Under the pieces are notes generated by a model. The model did not search any database. It was not told the origin of the DNA and saw only the letters and a program-made list of their open reading frames with translations. From Gordius albopunctatus (taxonomy: Eukaryota): DNA of 64,000 bases. The DNA is taken from NCBI GenBank assembly GCA_964276515.1, contig OZ193909.1:2046001-2110000 (forward strand). The letters are read 5' to 3'. Shown piece after piece: positions 1-13,639 of the stretch; the stretch's first letter is position 1; every line of letters begins with the position of its first letter. The position numbers and the translations under genes were made by a program.

Positions 1-351
1 TTATAAATATGAATCCATGAGAAGCCTGTTAAAAATCAACAAATTTAAACCATCGCTGCATGTGTTAGTGTTACAACAGCTGATGCGTTCAACAAGATTA
101 AAAAGCCATCACTTAACCTGTAAAACTAAGGACTAGGACTAATAATTATTTATATGTCATCTTAAGGACGCTTATCAAATCTTAACTTATATTTTACCAA
201 AATCTATTACTTTTCCCTAATTATATCATTGCAGAAAAATTTAATTGAAAGTGCCTGCCGAAAATTGACGAGTTGGATGGTCCTATAAATACATTAAAAT
301 TTAAAATCAATTTATATTTTTTAATAGCAAGATACTTATTATTTTTCTCAA

Positions 352-3300
352 ATGACGATTGGAGTAGAAAATTTAGATAAAAATTTTAACCCTCCGAACC
401 CCCATTATTTTGAATCTACCTTAAATGAAATAAAGTTGCATAAAACAAATAAAACAAAGCCTATTGAATCATGTTGCCTTCAAGGCAATCTATGGCTCTT
501 GGAATTGAGAAAGTATAACAGAAACATTCAAATAAGGTAACTATATTAAGTAATTTTTTGACCCTTTAGAAATAAAAAGGTTAAAGATCTCACCTGCGAA
601 TATAAACTAAAAGTTGATCAGAAATTTTTAACTTTGCAAAATTTATTATATCAAGTTAAATATCTGAAACAAGAGGTAATTCTTATTCACAAAATATATC
701 AATCCAGTTAGATAAAAAAATGCTATGATTATCAAACCCAATATGATGATATATACTGGATACCACTTCAACAATTTTTAAAAATCAAACCTGAGTTTGC
801 CAACAATGCAGAAGATCTTGGGATAGAGGGTGATATATTTATATTGCTTTAATAAGGATATTGACTCTTATGTAATTAATAGTAATCACTTTATGATTGT
901 TTAGAGGATTGTGATGATGTTAATGGTATAAAAATCCAATTGAACTTGTCAGAAGATGCAAAAATTGATAATGAGCATTGTTTAATGATTGCTCGAATGG
1001 AATGGGAATTAGAACAAAGAAAAAGGTTTGATATAATAGAATTAAATGAATATTATTTTATAAATTTTTATTTTATTTACCACAATTTATATGTATAGCT
1101 TGAATCTAAAGTATACTGAAATGTTAAAGAAAAAATTGTTGATTGAAAGTGACATAAGAGATAAAAGAAAATTATTGGCTAGTATATATCCTACTTTAAC
1201 AAATGCATTGAAGGCTTCTCAGCCCCTTCAAAAGTTATTTAAACTCAATTTCGAAAAAGTAATATATCTAAAATCAAAATATTTATATACAATCAAATTT
1301 AGATTGTTTTTTAAAATAAATTTTACATGTATATAAAATTTTTTAGGATTACAAATATACAGATCTGATATACACTATCCCTCTACCTCTTTACCTTATC
1401 TACACTAAATGGCAGGCCTACATAAATTTGTTTGATGATAATAGTGTTGATTTGGAGATTATTGAAGGTTTTTTTCAATTATATATTGTATGTTCAATCC
1501 ATTATTGTGTTTTTACTAAATTATCATTTTTGTCACTCATGACTAGGAGATGAAGTCAAAATGGAAGAAATTACCTCTAATATGGTTTCAAACCTAGAAA
1601 AGATTATAAAAGTATCAAGGGAACAATCATTGCAAAAATCTGATGCTCATCATAATATAGACGATATTATGTCAGAAGAAATTTTATTAAATTACGAGGA
1701 TGATTATACTATTCATAATAAATCCAGAACTGCTCTGAGTACAAATGATCAAAGATATGGAGATTTTAATGAAGTGTATGGCACCATTTTGGACTGTGAC
1801 CTGCAGTACAATACTATTCAAACCATTTTTGTTTAAATATGTTTTAAGTCAAGTTACAATCTTTCAATTTTTTTATTTTTGGTGATCAAATTGTTTTTTT
1901 ATAAAATGTACCTTATTTGGGCCATTGAATGGGCGTACCCAAAGCAAAATTTTGGCGATTTATTAAATTACGGCTAAAATTTCTAAAAAAAATTATCACA
2001 TTTTGCCTCCCCCCCCCACTAATTCTAATGCTGGCCACAACGTCTTCACCTGACCATCTCAGAATTCTAGCGCCATCTCATGATATTTTGAATTCATGAC
2101 CATCTTATAACCGGTCCCAATCTAATGGGACATCAAGGAGTGCACATTCTGATATTAGTGATTTCATATGGGGTAGAAATCGGCTTATATAACTTCACTA
2201 ATTTGACCGCAAAAATAACCTTAAAAATTTGAGGTTTTTTCCTAAAATATTTCATCTTAATTCAAGAGGATCCCGACATTACCTTCAAAAATATGACAGG
2301 AATATTAAAATCAATAAAATGCGTCTGAACTTGATTATGGCCCTTTTAAGGTCCATAGCGTAAAAAGTATTGGCCGAAAATGGCTAAGATTTTCAGAAAT
2401 AAATGTATTTCATGAGGCCTACACATTCACCAAAACACATTTTAAATGGTCTTTTTTACGATTTGGAATGGAATGGCTCATTTAGATTTGAACGCTTTAT
2501 TTAATAAACTTACAAATAGTAACAAATTTTGCATATTATTTTGTGTTTTTTAATGTAATTATGTAAATTTGTTTTGAATTTGTAGACACTGCCTTACACC
2601 ATCAAAATACTTTATAAAAGTTACCCTTAAAATGGATGCTCAAAGATTTAGGGCTTTAAAGGGTGTGTCAGCTGATGACATTTGGTTAAATGAGCAAATT
2701 CTTTCGACAGAATTAAGCATATACTTTTACCCAAAACTGAATGTGCTTACTATCGAAGCTAAAGTTGTTGGTGAGATCGCAGACATGCCTTCTAATCAGC
2801 AAAGCAAAGATATTGGACTTAAAGCGTGGAACTCGTTAAAACAAAAGCTACTTCTCAATTTAGGTAGCATTTCTATTAGTTTTGACATAAACCCTCAGGT
2901 TTCCTGCTTTAAATATATAATGACAATAAATAAAAGGATACGAGCGGACAGAAGATCACGATGGAAATCGTTAAATCACGCGATTTCCATACACGGATCA
3001 ATGCCATCCGTTTAGTTTTAGCGCGTTTTTATAGTTTTTTAGGCGTGAATTTAATTTTTTATACCATTCTATTAATATATAGTTTAAGTGAGAAAAATAA
3101 ATTATTTAAATTGCGAATAAAAAAAGAAGGAAAATATTAATAAAATGACTAAGAGGCATTATCCGTTTCTTCGTCTTCTTTGAGAATGGGAATTGAATCC
3201 GTCAGGGAATAAAAATTAGGGTTAGCGACGGCAATGGCGATTGATTGAAACCCATTCGAAATTTTTGAAGGAGGTGAGCATTGATTAAGTTCTTCGGAAA

Positions 3301-6300
3301 AATGTAAAGCGCTCTTCCCAAACGCCCCTGAGCAGGATGATACGATAGGAATTAGTGTTTTTCCAAATTTCGACTAAACTTAGAGGTCGAAAAACTTTGG
3401 GTCCGCGTACGTTCAATCGACTAAAACCAAGGGTGAACCAACCAACAAAATCCAGCGGGACGTTTTTACAACACTTATAGGAATAAAAAAGGAAAGCTGA
3501 ATATTTTAAGGATTTACGATGTTGTGCCGATCCTAGGGGATCGTGGGTATCGTTAGACGGTGCAAACAGAACGATACAAGTGTGGTCCCATTTTAAAAAA
3601 GGCCTTTGAATAGGGGTTTTATAGAGGATTTTTGCACTCGTTTTTTTTCGTTTAAATAGTATTGCGTGGTTAAACTCCAATAGTTTGGAAGGTTAATAAA
3701 ACATTTGTTAGGAGATTTTGATGAAAATTCCATTATTTGCAGAAATTATAAATTTACTGCTCCCTCAGTGTTACACCAATGTGTATTAGAAACATGCAAA
3801 GTCACTTTTTTTCAACCCGAAGCTATTTTTAACCGAAACTCGACCCCAAGGTAAAATTTTTAACCCAAGCCAGAGTTTACGGTCATCCCTTTTCCATTTT
3901 GATTCCTATCTTTTCGTCGTGCTCAGGGACGTTTGGGAAGAGCGCTTTACATTTTTGTAAAGAACTTAATAAACTCTCGCCCCCTTCAAAAATATCGAAT
4001 AGTTTTCAACTAAGACAATCAATCATCGCTACTAAATCAAATTTTTATCGGACTCGATGCCCATTCTTAAAGAAGACGACGAAACGGATAATGCCTTTTA
4101 AACATTTTCGTCCTTTTATCCTTTTCATAATTTAATTATATGTGTGTGTGACAGATTTAAACGGGCATGGCAATAGGCAGTTTGGCGTTTTCGAAGAAAG
4201 TAGTACACTTTCATCTTCCTACCACTCACCCAAAATTATCAAGGCTCTCATGGGGATCGAGAATATGGGCCAAGATTTGGAAACTTCTCATTGCCGTACC
4301 TTGGACCATTGCCTCAATCTCGTTTTCGATCAAGTATTATTTCATTATTTCACGCATTTCGTAGTTTTATTATATTTTTCTTATTTTATAATTTCCCAAT
4401 TTTATTAATTTTGGGTGTAGCTCGTGCGCTTTAATATATGTTTGCGTAGATGGTAGGTATATTTTGTTTTTGTAAAAAATCATCATGGGTATAGCCGGGA
4501 TTGGAATTAGAAGGGGCAATAAAGATTTAGAGAGGGGCAAAATGATCATTTTTTAATTTAAGCCATAATTTTCATGAATTTCAACAAATTTTAGGATTTA
4601 GAGGGAAGGAGACAGCCACCCCTCCCACCCCCCCCCCCTGGATACGCCCATGAATGTGATTATTAAAATTAGAAAGACACTTTACACGCTACGTTCGTGA
4701 ATTTGTTAGAAATGTCTCAAAACACTTTTTAAACAATTCGCTATAAGTTTAGTGTGGGGCAAGCTTTCACATTACGAATTTTATATGTCTTGCCATTCAT
4801 AATCTTTTCATCATGATTTTTTGCAGATTGGACATCCCTTTTTTTGGCTGGAAAATTTGGGTGGCTTAGTCAATACGACCGAACCTACAGCTAACACTAC
4901 CCCTACGTTGCGAGAGTATTACAGTCTTCATGTAATTAAACGGGTCGTGGATTCTCTCACGCAAAGGCTGGCCTCTAGGCTTCACATCAGACATCTGGTT
5001 AAATAAATTTATTGGTCACTAGTTTTTTCACGTCAATCATTTTTGAGAGGTTAAAATTCTAAATTATGGGACGATTTTATTTTTGCTAAATTCCACTTTC
5101 AATCCAGAGCTTTTTATTCATGTGTTTTGTTAGTCTGCGAATCATGTTTTTAAATTAGGGATATGTGGCACCGTTTTGTGTCGCCATGTGGCTTGGCTAG
5201 CGTTATAAAAAGACCTGTATTTTGTTTGGGGTTAACCTTTATTTCTACTATGACTAACAGTCGGCTCTGGTCTGCTTTTAAATTTCGACTAAACCTAGAC
5301 TAAGAAAGAGACCAAAGAGCCACTAACCTTTGGTCTGTGTATGTTCAGTCGACTAAACAAAACCCAGATCTTTTTACAACACTGGGCAACGTTAGTACAC
5401 AAACCGAAGCGAATGTAGAGTTTCAACCCAACCCGACCCGAAAGCGTTTTTAAAAACTAATAAATAATCATTTGTTAATATTTTACCTTTCTTGATTCAA
5501 CTTTAAATTGAATATTTAATTATATCTTTATGTAGTTAAATTTATAATTTATTCTATCTATAGACTATAAACAATAATAAATACACATTTTTTAATATTT
5601 TACCTTTCGTGATTCAGCTTTAAATTTAAATTTGCCTCCAAATTAAACGAATTAAAAAAATGGGGAAGGAAACTAATTATGTGAATGAATGATTATAATT
5701 GTTTTACAAAAATTATAGATAATAAATAGCATTAATTTAACAAATACGTTTCGTTCATTTTGCAATGTAACATTCATATCCTTTGACCCGACTCTATAAA
5801 TCCAACCCGACCCGAAAATTTTTAACCCGTTTCGGGTGACCCGTGCAGGCCTCTAATGTAGAGGAACGAATTTATTAGGCGATGATGCAAATAACTAAAT
5901 AAAATATTTTGTATTTAATTTTCAAACGTTGATGATCTTCTCAGGTTTCCAGCATAGGAAAATTTTTTAGCGACCCTTCCAACAACCAAATCAAGGAGCG
6001 GCGTCTCTTACCTCAAATCTTAGAAATATCTTGGACAGACTCGAAACTTGACGAAGGACACTACTCCTTGGGTACCTTGGATGTCTCAACGTACGTTCCG
6101 CCTCAAAATTTAGGCGGGCCTCCCGAGGCGTTCGGCCTAAAAGTTACCATCTCCCTAACGCTACCCATAAACTGCGCTTGCCTGCACGCTGGTCAATTTG
6201 GTGGTGAGCAGAGAGCTAAGGCGGCAACGGCGGCGCCTACAATAGCTTTCAGGGCTCACGAAATAGTGGCAAAGGGCGATGGAGGAGCTGGTGGTGACCA

Positions 6301-6634
6301 GCGGGGTAGCAGACAAAAATTGGCGGACCTCAAGGTTAAGGCGAGGCTTTACGAAGAATTCAAGGAATTGGAAAAGAAAATAAATCTCGGCGGGAAAAAT
6401 AACGCGTTGGAGCGGCTTGATAATCAGCCCTGCGCCTTTGCTTACATGTTGGGCCATGGGCTCCGAGGAGTTACGGAGATGGCTAAGTTATTAAACGAAT
6501 CTAGAACTCATTTAACTGAGCCTCTTACTATCGGTCTACTAACAAACTTGGACACTTTGACGCTAAAGCAAGTGCCGATGGGGGGAGAGGATAAGGGTAT
6601 GGGCGTCGACATGAAGGCCATCTTTTTCGCTTGA
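352..6634 (+). CDS. THOC5: THO complex subunit 5 (THOC5/FMIP) homolog, 11 exons, ~754 aa
   Basis: GT-AG exons in a consistent frame: 352-536, 570-675, 712-829, 905-1025, 1099-1258, 1347-1467, 1547-1775, 2586-2770, 4155-4333, 4827-4997, 5945-6634 (2265 nt). Recognisable motifs: LRKYNRNIQIR, LTLQNLLYQVKYLKQEIKKC, HCLMIARMEWELEQRK, IPLPLYLIY, IGHPFFWLENLGGL, LTQRLASRL. The stop TGA overlaps AATAAA at 6634-6639. The start codon at 352 is inferred. Confidence 0.88.
2946..3100 (+). mobile_element. 3' fragment of an RLE-type (CRE-like) non-LTR retrotransposon in a THOC5 intron
   Basis: Clearly similar to 40490-40600 (ends ...ISIHGSMPSV* followed by the same 3' UTR GTTTTAGCGCGTTTTTATAGTTTTT). Confidence 0.7.
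3149..4100. mobile_element. Non-autonomous TIR element containing nested MITE fragments
   Basis: Inverted ends AGGCATTATCCGTTTCTTCGTCTTCTTTGAGAATGGG (~3154) and CCCATTCTTAAAGAAGACGACGAAACGGATAATGCCT (~4060-4096). The interior holds fragments of the TAGTGTTGTAAAA and AACCCGA MITE families. Confidence 0.65.
4484..4652. mobile_element. CATGGGCGTAGCC-family hAT-type MITE
   Basis: TIRs CATGGGTATAGCC / GGATACGCCCATG; same internal G/C-tract layout as the copies at 22410, 25716, 36676, 42630, 46054, 47087 and 60920. Confidence 0.7.
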
Positions 6635-6826
6635 ATAAATATTTACTTGTGTATAATATCTAATATATGTGATGTCTCGATGTGTAAAAAGTTGTTTTTC
6701 AAATGAGAAACGTTTCTATTTATTTATATACAAATCACGTATGATACAAATGAAATTGATAAAGTTTGTAGGGGAAAAACTAAGTATTAAAGGTAGACAC
6801 AGAGCAGAGGTGTGTGATTTTCCGCG

Positions 6827-8535
6827 TTAGTAACGTCTCCTCTCTGGACTGCGACTCATGGGCGATCTCCTAAAACCAAAAATATATAAGCCTTTATTTA
6901 AGTTTGATAAAGGTTTGTATTTGATTTTGAGTATGTAGAGATAATATGGAGTAGGGTTGTAAAAAGGTCAGGGTTTAGTTTGGTGTGTCTTTCCTAGTTG
7001 GCCTATAGGCTTAGTCGAAATAGTCGACCATTAGTCTTAGTTAAATTAAAGGTTGACCAAACAACTATTAAAAATGAAAAAATAATATGGATAATTGTTA
7101 GGGGATGATGGGTGAGGGAAATTAAAAAGGTTGAACTTCTCATTAGTTTTATTCATTAGGAGTTAAATATAATTTTTATAAAACAATGAATACTGATAGA
7201 TGTTACCTTCTTTGATTACTACCCTTGGGTGCTTTTACAAAAGCCCATGATACGGATATGAATTGACCTAATATGGCACTTCCATCAAACTTTTCTTTTG
7301 CATTTTTTGCTTCATTTAAAGTTTCATACTCAACCAAGGCATATCCCTTAAAATAAATAAGTATATAGGAATTATAAAAACACAAACTAATTTAGGGTTT
7401 TAAAAATATACACAACACAAAAGGATTAAAGATTATTTTGGTTATATCTATATTGGTAACTCTAGCTAAAAACCTAAAGTCTTAATCAATATCTTTCCAA
7501 TACCTTGTTTTTAGGTATCCTTTTAGATTATTTGAAGTCTCACTTTCAAATAATGCTTAATTCAAATTAACATCTAATTCTCAACATTTTAATTCCTAAT
7601 TATATAATAACCACATTACTGTTTAATCATAAATCATAAAAAAACCATATTTTGCACAAAAAAATGTAGAGATGGCAAACCAAGTATTAGTAAATCATTT
7701 AATGCTATAAACACTTAAAATATATAAAATACTCAGTTGCATACTAGGCATAAACTATTTTGTTATATACATATATAATTTAAGATTAAAAATGCTCATA
7801 TTGGAATAAATGAGGATTTACTTTGATAAAACCTGATCTACGATCTAAATTAAGGTGCAAATTTTTGACAATACCGGCCTCCATAAAATGATCATGAATA
7901 ATGGCTTCTGAAGCTTCCTCGTGAATGTTTGTTACAAACAGAATCCAACCCTCCACAGCTATTAATGATTTAAGCAATGCATTAAACATGCCTTTGTAAT
8001 TTTAAAACATTCTTAATATAAGTAAAACTAAAAAAATATTTTAATATAAATTACAGTTAAATGTCATTTATATGATAATAAAACCCCTACCCCCTCCCCC
8101 AACAGCATTTTCATTTAACTCTAAATACAAAAATGTTAAAAAATAATATATATCTTAAAAAACGTATGGATATAAGTGATATAAAATGCCTTAAAAGTCA
8201 ACATTTACATATTAATTATGGTTTGTTGATATAATATTGCATTTAAAATTTACATCTTTGTGGGCCTGGCCCAATTTCATCGGTATCCATAGCGTCGTAG
8301 ATATCCTTTCCTGCTTTTACTCCTGTTTCTATAAAAAAGTTATATCATGATAAATTTTAATTAGCACCATCTGTCGTGAAACCACGTCCTTTTTTCTTCG
8401 TGGCCCGTTCTTTTAACCTTGAGATATCTACATTTACTTTTAAAAACTTTTTTATAAAAACTTACCCAAGAATAAATCCGAATCAAGGCCTTCTTCATCT
8501 CTCCCAATAGCAATGTGGTCCTCTATAGTCTCCAT
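6827..8535 (-). CDS. RBM8A: RNA-binding protein 8A / Y14 (exon junction complex core), 6 exons, 174 aa
   Basis: Minus-strand exons 8535-8466, 8427-8368, 8328-8254, 7958-7822, 7346-7207, 6869-6827 (525 nt). Translation contains [65 protein letters not shown] and a C-terminal RS tail [13 protein letters not shown]. Confidence 0.97.
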
Positions 8536-10201
8536 AACAACAAATTAATATTTGCTACAACTCGATCTTTAAGTCGAAAGCCTCAATTCTACGATTCGTC
8601 GTAAGAAAATAGTTACGCTGCAAAGATATGCAAAATGCATGGTAACTTAGTATCTAACCAATCTTTGCCTTAATAAACTTATAATATTAATTAAAACCTG
8701 AGAAATGAGTAGAATTTAGACGAAAAGCTATAAATTGTTAAATAATTGTGTTAGCTATTGCATATATAAAACACGTACAGCGATCCATGTTATAAATTTT
8801 AATACTATTCTATTATAAATATATGGGATTCAACGTTCATTAGATTGTAAAATTTAATAAGATGAATTAGTAAATTTCATGTAATGTTTTGTTGATGAAT
8901 AATTTCTACAAATTATTAACTGCCATTTCGTAGCGTATTTTTAAATTTTGCAGAATCTTTTTTAGGGCTGTATTCCTATAATTATATAGGTAATATTCGT
9001 TTGAAAATATCATTACAATTTTTAGTGAGAGCTCTATATATTCCCTCTCTATTTTGTTTAATGCGTCAAAAGTGTCTCCTAACTTGTATATTTACAATAC
9101 AAATGAATCTTAACAAGAGAAGAGTTGTTTCCCTTTATTCACTTCAAGGTAAGAAGGTGTTTGAAAATTCAACATATCTATTTTTATGTTTAAAATTTAA
9201 ATTAAGTTTTGTGATAAACTACTTTCTCATATTTAAACATTGTTTCATTTCAACACACTTATGTGAGCCATGTTTTACATAAAATTCAACCCTTTTAATT
9301 GATATAAATTCTTAGCGATTTCTCAGTAAATCTTTCCAAATAACCTGTACAAAATAAATATGCATAAACTTCGTTAAATATGTTAAATTTCTAAATATTT
9401 TATTGCTAAAATGAAAAATCAGGATTGTAATAGTTTTATCATTATCCGTAGCATGAAAGCGCATAATAGTCTAAAATTTTGAAAGATAACAGATCACATT
9501 AAGATAAAGTTCAAAAGTTCAAAAAAAATCGGAGTTATGCATAATTAGAAATTCTATGCAAGATATTCTCCATATATTTAATTAAAAATAAATCACCATA
9601 CTAGTGTAGATATTAATATATCGCAGAAAAATTTATTTTCTAATTAAAAAAATGTAAGGAGTAATAGAGGATTTCAATTAATTAATTTGCTCAGGCATAA
9701 AATGAAGTAGATTTTTGGTTAATATAATAAAATCAAAACATTATATAAGGTTATTTGTTCAAATTGTGAATTTTTATTAATATTAAATAGAATCGGTTCT
9801 CTTTAAATGAGCCCAGCCTTCCCAGTTTATTCTATTAAAATAAATTTATTAAAAAAATTATATAAGCTAGATTTTAAGAGATATAGCTTTTAAAGAAAAT
9901 TATTCCAAACTTGAATTAAAATATCCTCTCAATGCCATTGGCCCTTCTATATAAAATGCATTTTTAAATTGAAATAATTTTCAAACTTGTAGTGATGCTG
10001 AAAAACCGAGAAAAATCTCTCGGTCTTGTCTCGTCTCGTTACAAGGATTTTAAAAATGGAGTCGAGATCGAGACTCCATTTTGATTTCGAGACGAGACGA
10101 TACGAGATTTTTTTGCGAGATCTCGACTTTTCATTGATCGTTAGATTTTAGTAAATTATTATGTATTTCAATTTTGGGAATCAATATGTATAGAATATAT
10201 T

Positions 10202-13164
10202 CTTCTTTATCGTGTTGAAAATCCCACAGACATGGGGTACGTTTTCAGCAGCCTCTTCCATCTGAGTCGTGTGAATGCCATGCCAATTTCCATCTGTTTG
10301 ACGTCCATATCCTTTTCGACCAGTCGTTTCCAAGTGGCACGTGGTCTGCCCCTTCCTCTTCTTCCAGGCACGTCCATCTCCAGCGTTCGGCGTGTGACAT
10401 CGTCTTCGTCTCTTCGTAATACATGGCCGTACCACCGCAGTCGATTTTCTCTTAAGAAGTCCTTAGTCGCTTGTATACCCATCTTTGTCATCAAGGATTC
10501 GTTCGTCATGCGATCCAGCTTGGTGTAGCCTAAGCTCCATCGCACCATTCTCATTTCCGTAGATTGCAAGAGTTTCTCCTCTGCGGTGGTTACAGCCCAT
10601 GTTTCGCTCACGTAAAGCAAGACCGGTCGCACGATGGTTTTGTACGCCTTGCTTTTCAACCAAATTGGTATCTTTTTGTCACACATGACACCGGAGATGC
10701 TGCGCCACTTGAGCCATGCTTTCTTGATCCGAGAATGGACTTCGGCGGTACATCCTCCCTCTTGATGTAATAGCGAGCAAAGATATGTGAACTTATCAAC
10801 CTCCGTGTACCTTGGACCGTCAATTTTGTGCATTTGCGGACTACCCCCCATAGTTTGCATGTAAACCGTTTTCTTCTCGCTGACCTTTAACCCGAATTCC
10901 GAGAAACGTTCTGACCATTTTTTCGCCTGATGAAAAACCCCTTCTCTTGTTTCATCGCATAGGACAATATCGTCGGCATATAGCATAGTCCAAGGGGTGG
11001 CTTGTGCAAGTGCTTTGTTATTGTATCCATAATTAGATTAAACAAGAATGGGCTTAACGCTGATCCTTGATGTAGTCCGATCATTATTCGGAAGGGTTTC
11101 GTTACTCCTACGGTAGTCCTAACAGATGCAACCGCGCCATTATACATTTCCTTTATAAGTCGAACATATCCTTCGGGTATATTTCTGGCTCTAAGGGACC
11201 ACCATATTAAGTCTCTCGGAACCGTATCGTAGGCCTTTTCTAAATCGATAAAGACCATGTGTAAGTTCTTTCTTATGTCGCCATATTTTTCCATCGTCTG
11301 CTTCAACGCAAAGATTGGATCCATCGTTGATTTACCGGCCACGAATCCAAACTGATTGGCGAGAGACAAACTTCGTCATTGAGCCTTTTCACTAGCACCC
11401 TTTCTAGTAGCTTGATACCTCTGAAGTTGCCACATTCCTGCGCGTCTCCTTTGCCTTTGTATATGAGTATGATCGTACTTTCCCTCCATTGGGCAGGGAT
11501 ACGACTCTCATACAACATAGCGCTGAATAGGCCTGTCATTATGTCGATTCCTTCTCCTTTGCACCCAAGCCAAGCTTGGATCGGTAAATCATTGGGACCT
11601 AGCGCTTTCCCTTTCCGCATCTTCGTTAGTTGCGCTCCTACTTCATAAGCCTGCAATGGTAAAACCAAGTTCGAGTTCGGTTCCACCCTCTCTAGCGGTC
11701 TTCTATCATTCGTTTTGTTCATCATATTTTGGAAATAATCTTTCCATCTTTTGATGACTTTTTTCGGTTTGCACAACGTTCGTCCCTCTTCGCTTTTAAT
11801 GACTTTCAGTGTCCCGACATCTCGACTTTTTTTATCGAGCTTGTTTGTCATCTCGGTGTAAGCCTCGTTCTTCGCTATCGCAACCGCTCTTACCTTTTTC
11901 TCCTTTCTTCGTTTTTTACCATCTTAGGTACAACGCCTTCTTTCTCTTTGACCAAGTCATTCCACCACCATAGTTTACGCTTGTGAGCTCTGCCGTCCTT
12001 AGTTCGTCCCAAGATTTGAAAGGCCGTTTCCTTTAGGACATTTGCAACGGTTTCCCACCTTTTGTTAATGTCGCCCACCAAGCCTGAAACCTTCAAGAGC
12101 GGAGTCACTCGAGCGTGAAACATTTCATTTGCGCGATCATCCTTAAGCTTTTTGTACTTTGTCCTTGGTGTGTAGACTTTTCTCCTTACGGGAAAAATCT
12201 TTCTTGCTATATCGAGGACAACTGGCAGATGTTGTTTGGCGATTTCTTCCCCCGGTATAACCTTGCAATCTTTAACTTGCCACAAATTTTTGCGCTTCAC
12301 TAATATGTAGTCGACCTGTGTAAGGTGATTTCCACTACTGTACGTCGCTAAATGTTCGGTACGCTTCTGAAAGAAGGTATTCACAATGGCCATATCGTAA
12401 GCTTGCGCCATCTGTAGTAACTTCTCTCCCTCTTTATTTTTCACCCCATAGCCATGCCCGCCGTGATTTCGTTCGTACACGCCTCTTTCTTTCCCAACGT
12501 GCCCATTAAAGTCTGCTCCGATGATGAGATTCTCGTCAGGCTTCACGTAGCGTATTTCTTTTTCGAGCTTCTCATAGAATTCGTCCTTCTCATTTTCGGA
12601 ACATCCAACCTGGGGCGAATACGCACAAATAACATTGACAAGGCCGCCTTGATCCGCCAGCTTTATGCACATCAATCTATCCGAGCATCGTTTGACTTCG
12701 ACTACCTTGTCCTTAAAGGAATCGCTAAGCACTATACCGACACCGTTTTTCCGTGATGGGGAACCCGAGTAGTATAGCTTGTAACCATCTCCTAGCTCCC
12801 TGGCTTTTGTTCCATGCCACCGCGTTTCTTGTAGACACGCTATGTGTATCCTTCGCCTTTTTACGCAACCTCGATGCTCTTCCCCGTCAGCGTGCCCACA
12901 TTCCAGCTAGCCACTCTTGTCCGTTCGACAACTAGGTTCCTTAACCGCCTTCGTTGTGAGTGAGGCGGTGACCCTTGTATACTTTTCACATTACACGGGC
13001 GGATGATGCAATGCGCGTCGTTTGGGGAGGACGCCCTAGCATTCTGGTATAAGTTCGTATTTGAAGCTGCCATGGTGTTTGGAGTTGCTTTTTACAGCCG
13101 GCTTCCGACCTGACGCCCACCCTCCACTTTTTTCACACGGACTTGGGACCGTCGTTGGTAGTGT
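10202..13164 (-). mobile_element. Near full-length RTE-clade non-LTR retrotransposon (APE + RT), frameshifted
   Basis: APE motifs SWNVGTL, YSPQVG, GADFNGHVG, TQVDYILV; RT motifs QFGFVAGKST, FIDLEKAYD, GLHQGSALSP, LYADDIVL; RTE C-terminus RLRWYGHVLRR...GRPRATW. Perfect 17-bp TSD TATGTATAGAATATATT at 10185-10201 and 13165-13181; short AAG tail. Confidence 0.95.
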
Positions 13165-13639
13165 TATGTATAGAATATATTAGTGTAGTAAATATTATAT
13201 ATTTTTGCAAAAATGCAAAATTTGGCAATCAAGTATTGTTGACCCTTAGGGTATGTGACTAATTTTATTGTATATTTATCAGATATTTGTATCCATTGCA
13301 TTATTAAATATTACAAAATTTATTCTGAGAATGAGTTTTGATGGAAGAGAAAATATTACTAAAGCATATTTGAATTTCGCACTTACTAATCCTGCATGAT
13401 GCGTTAATTATAAATTGTTTGTCAATCAGTTTGAATGATTAAACAAGTTAAACTAAGGTGGCTAGAGATTTTTCCGCACCCGCCTAACGATTTCAAAAGT
13501 ACAATAGAGTATTTAATGACACCGTAATGGATTAAATCTTAAATTATGAGTTTTCTAGAAGTTTTTATGCTTCAACTAATAGTACACATCCCAAATTTTT
13601 GAACCTTAACAAGACATTGTGTAAATACATAGTTTTGTC

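Noticed and set aside
1..230. Possible exon of a divergent minus-strand gene (TTTTACAG acceptor at ~118; LSDGFLILLNASAVVTLTHAAM)
   Set aside because: Needs a 25-nt intron to continue, has no recognisable homology and is cut by the window edge.
858..872. Possible THOC5 microexon (AAG|GATATTGACTCTTAT|GTAATT)
   Set aside because: Introduces an in-frame TGA in the phase required by the flanking exons.
2771..3015. C-terminal half of the 127-aa ORF as a THOC5-retrotransposon fusion
   Set aside because: Read-through past the donor at 2770 into the intron; it enters the CRE-like frame only for the last few residues.
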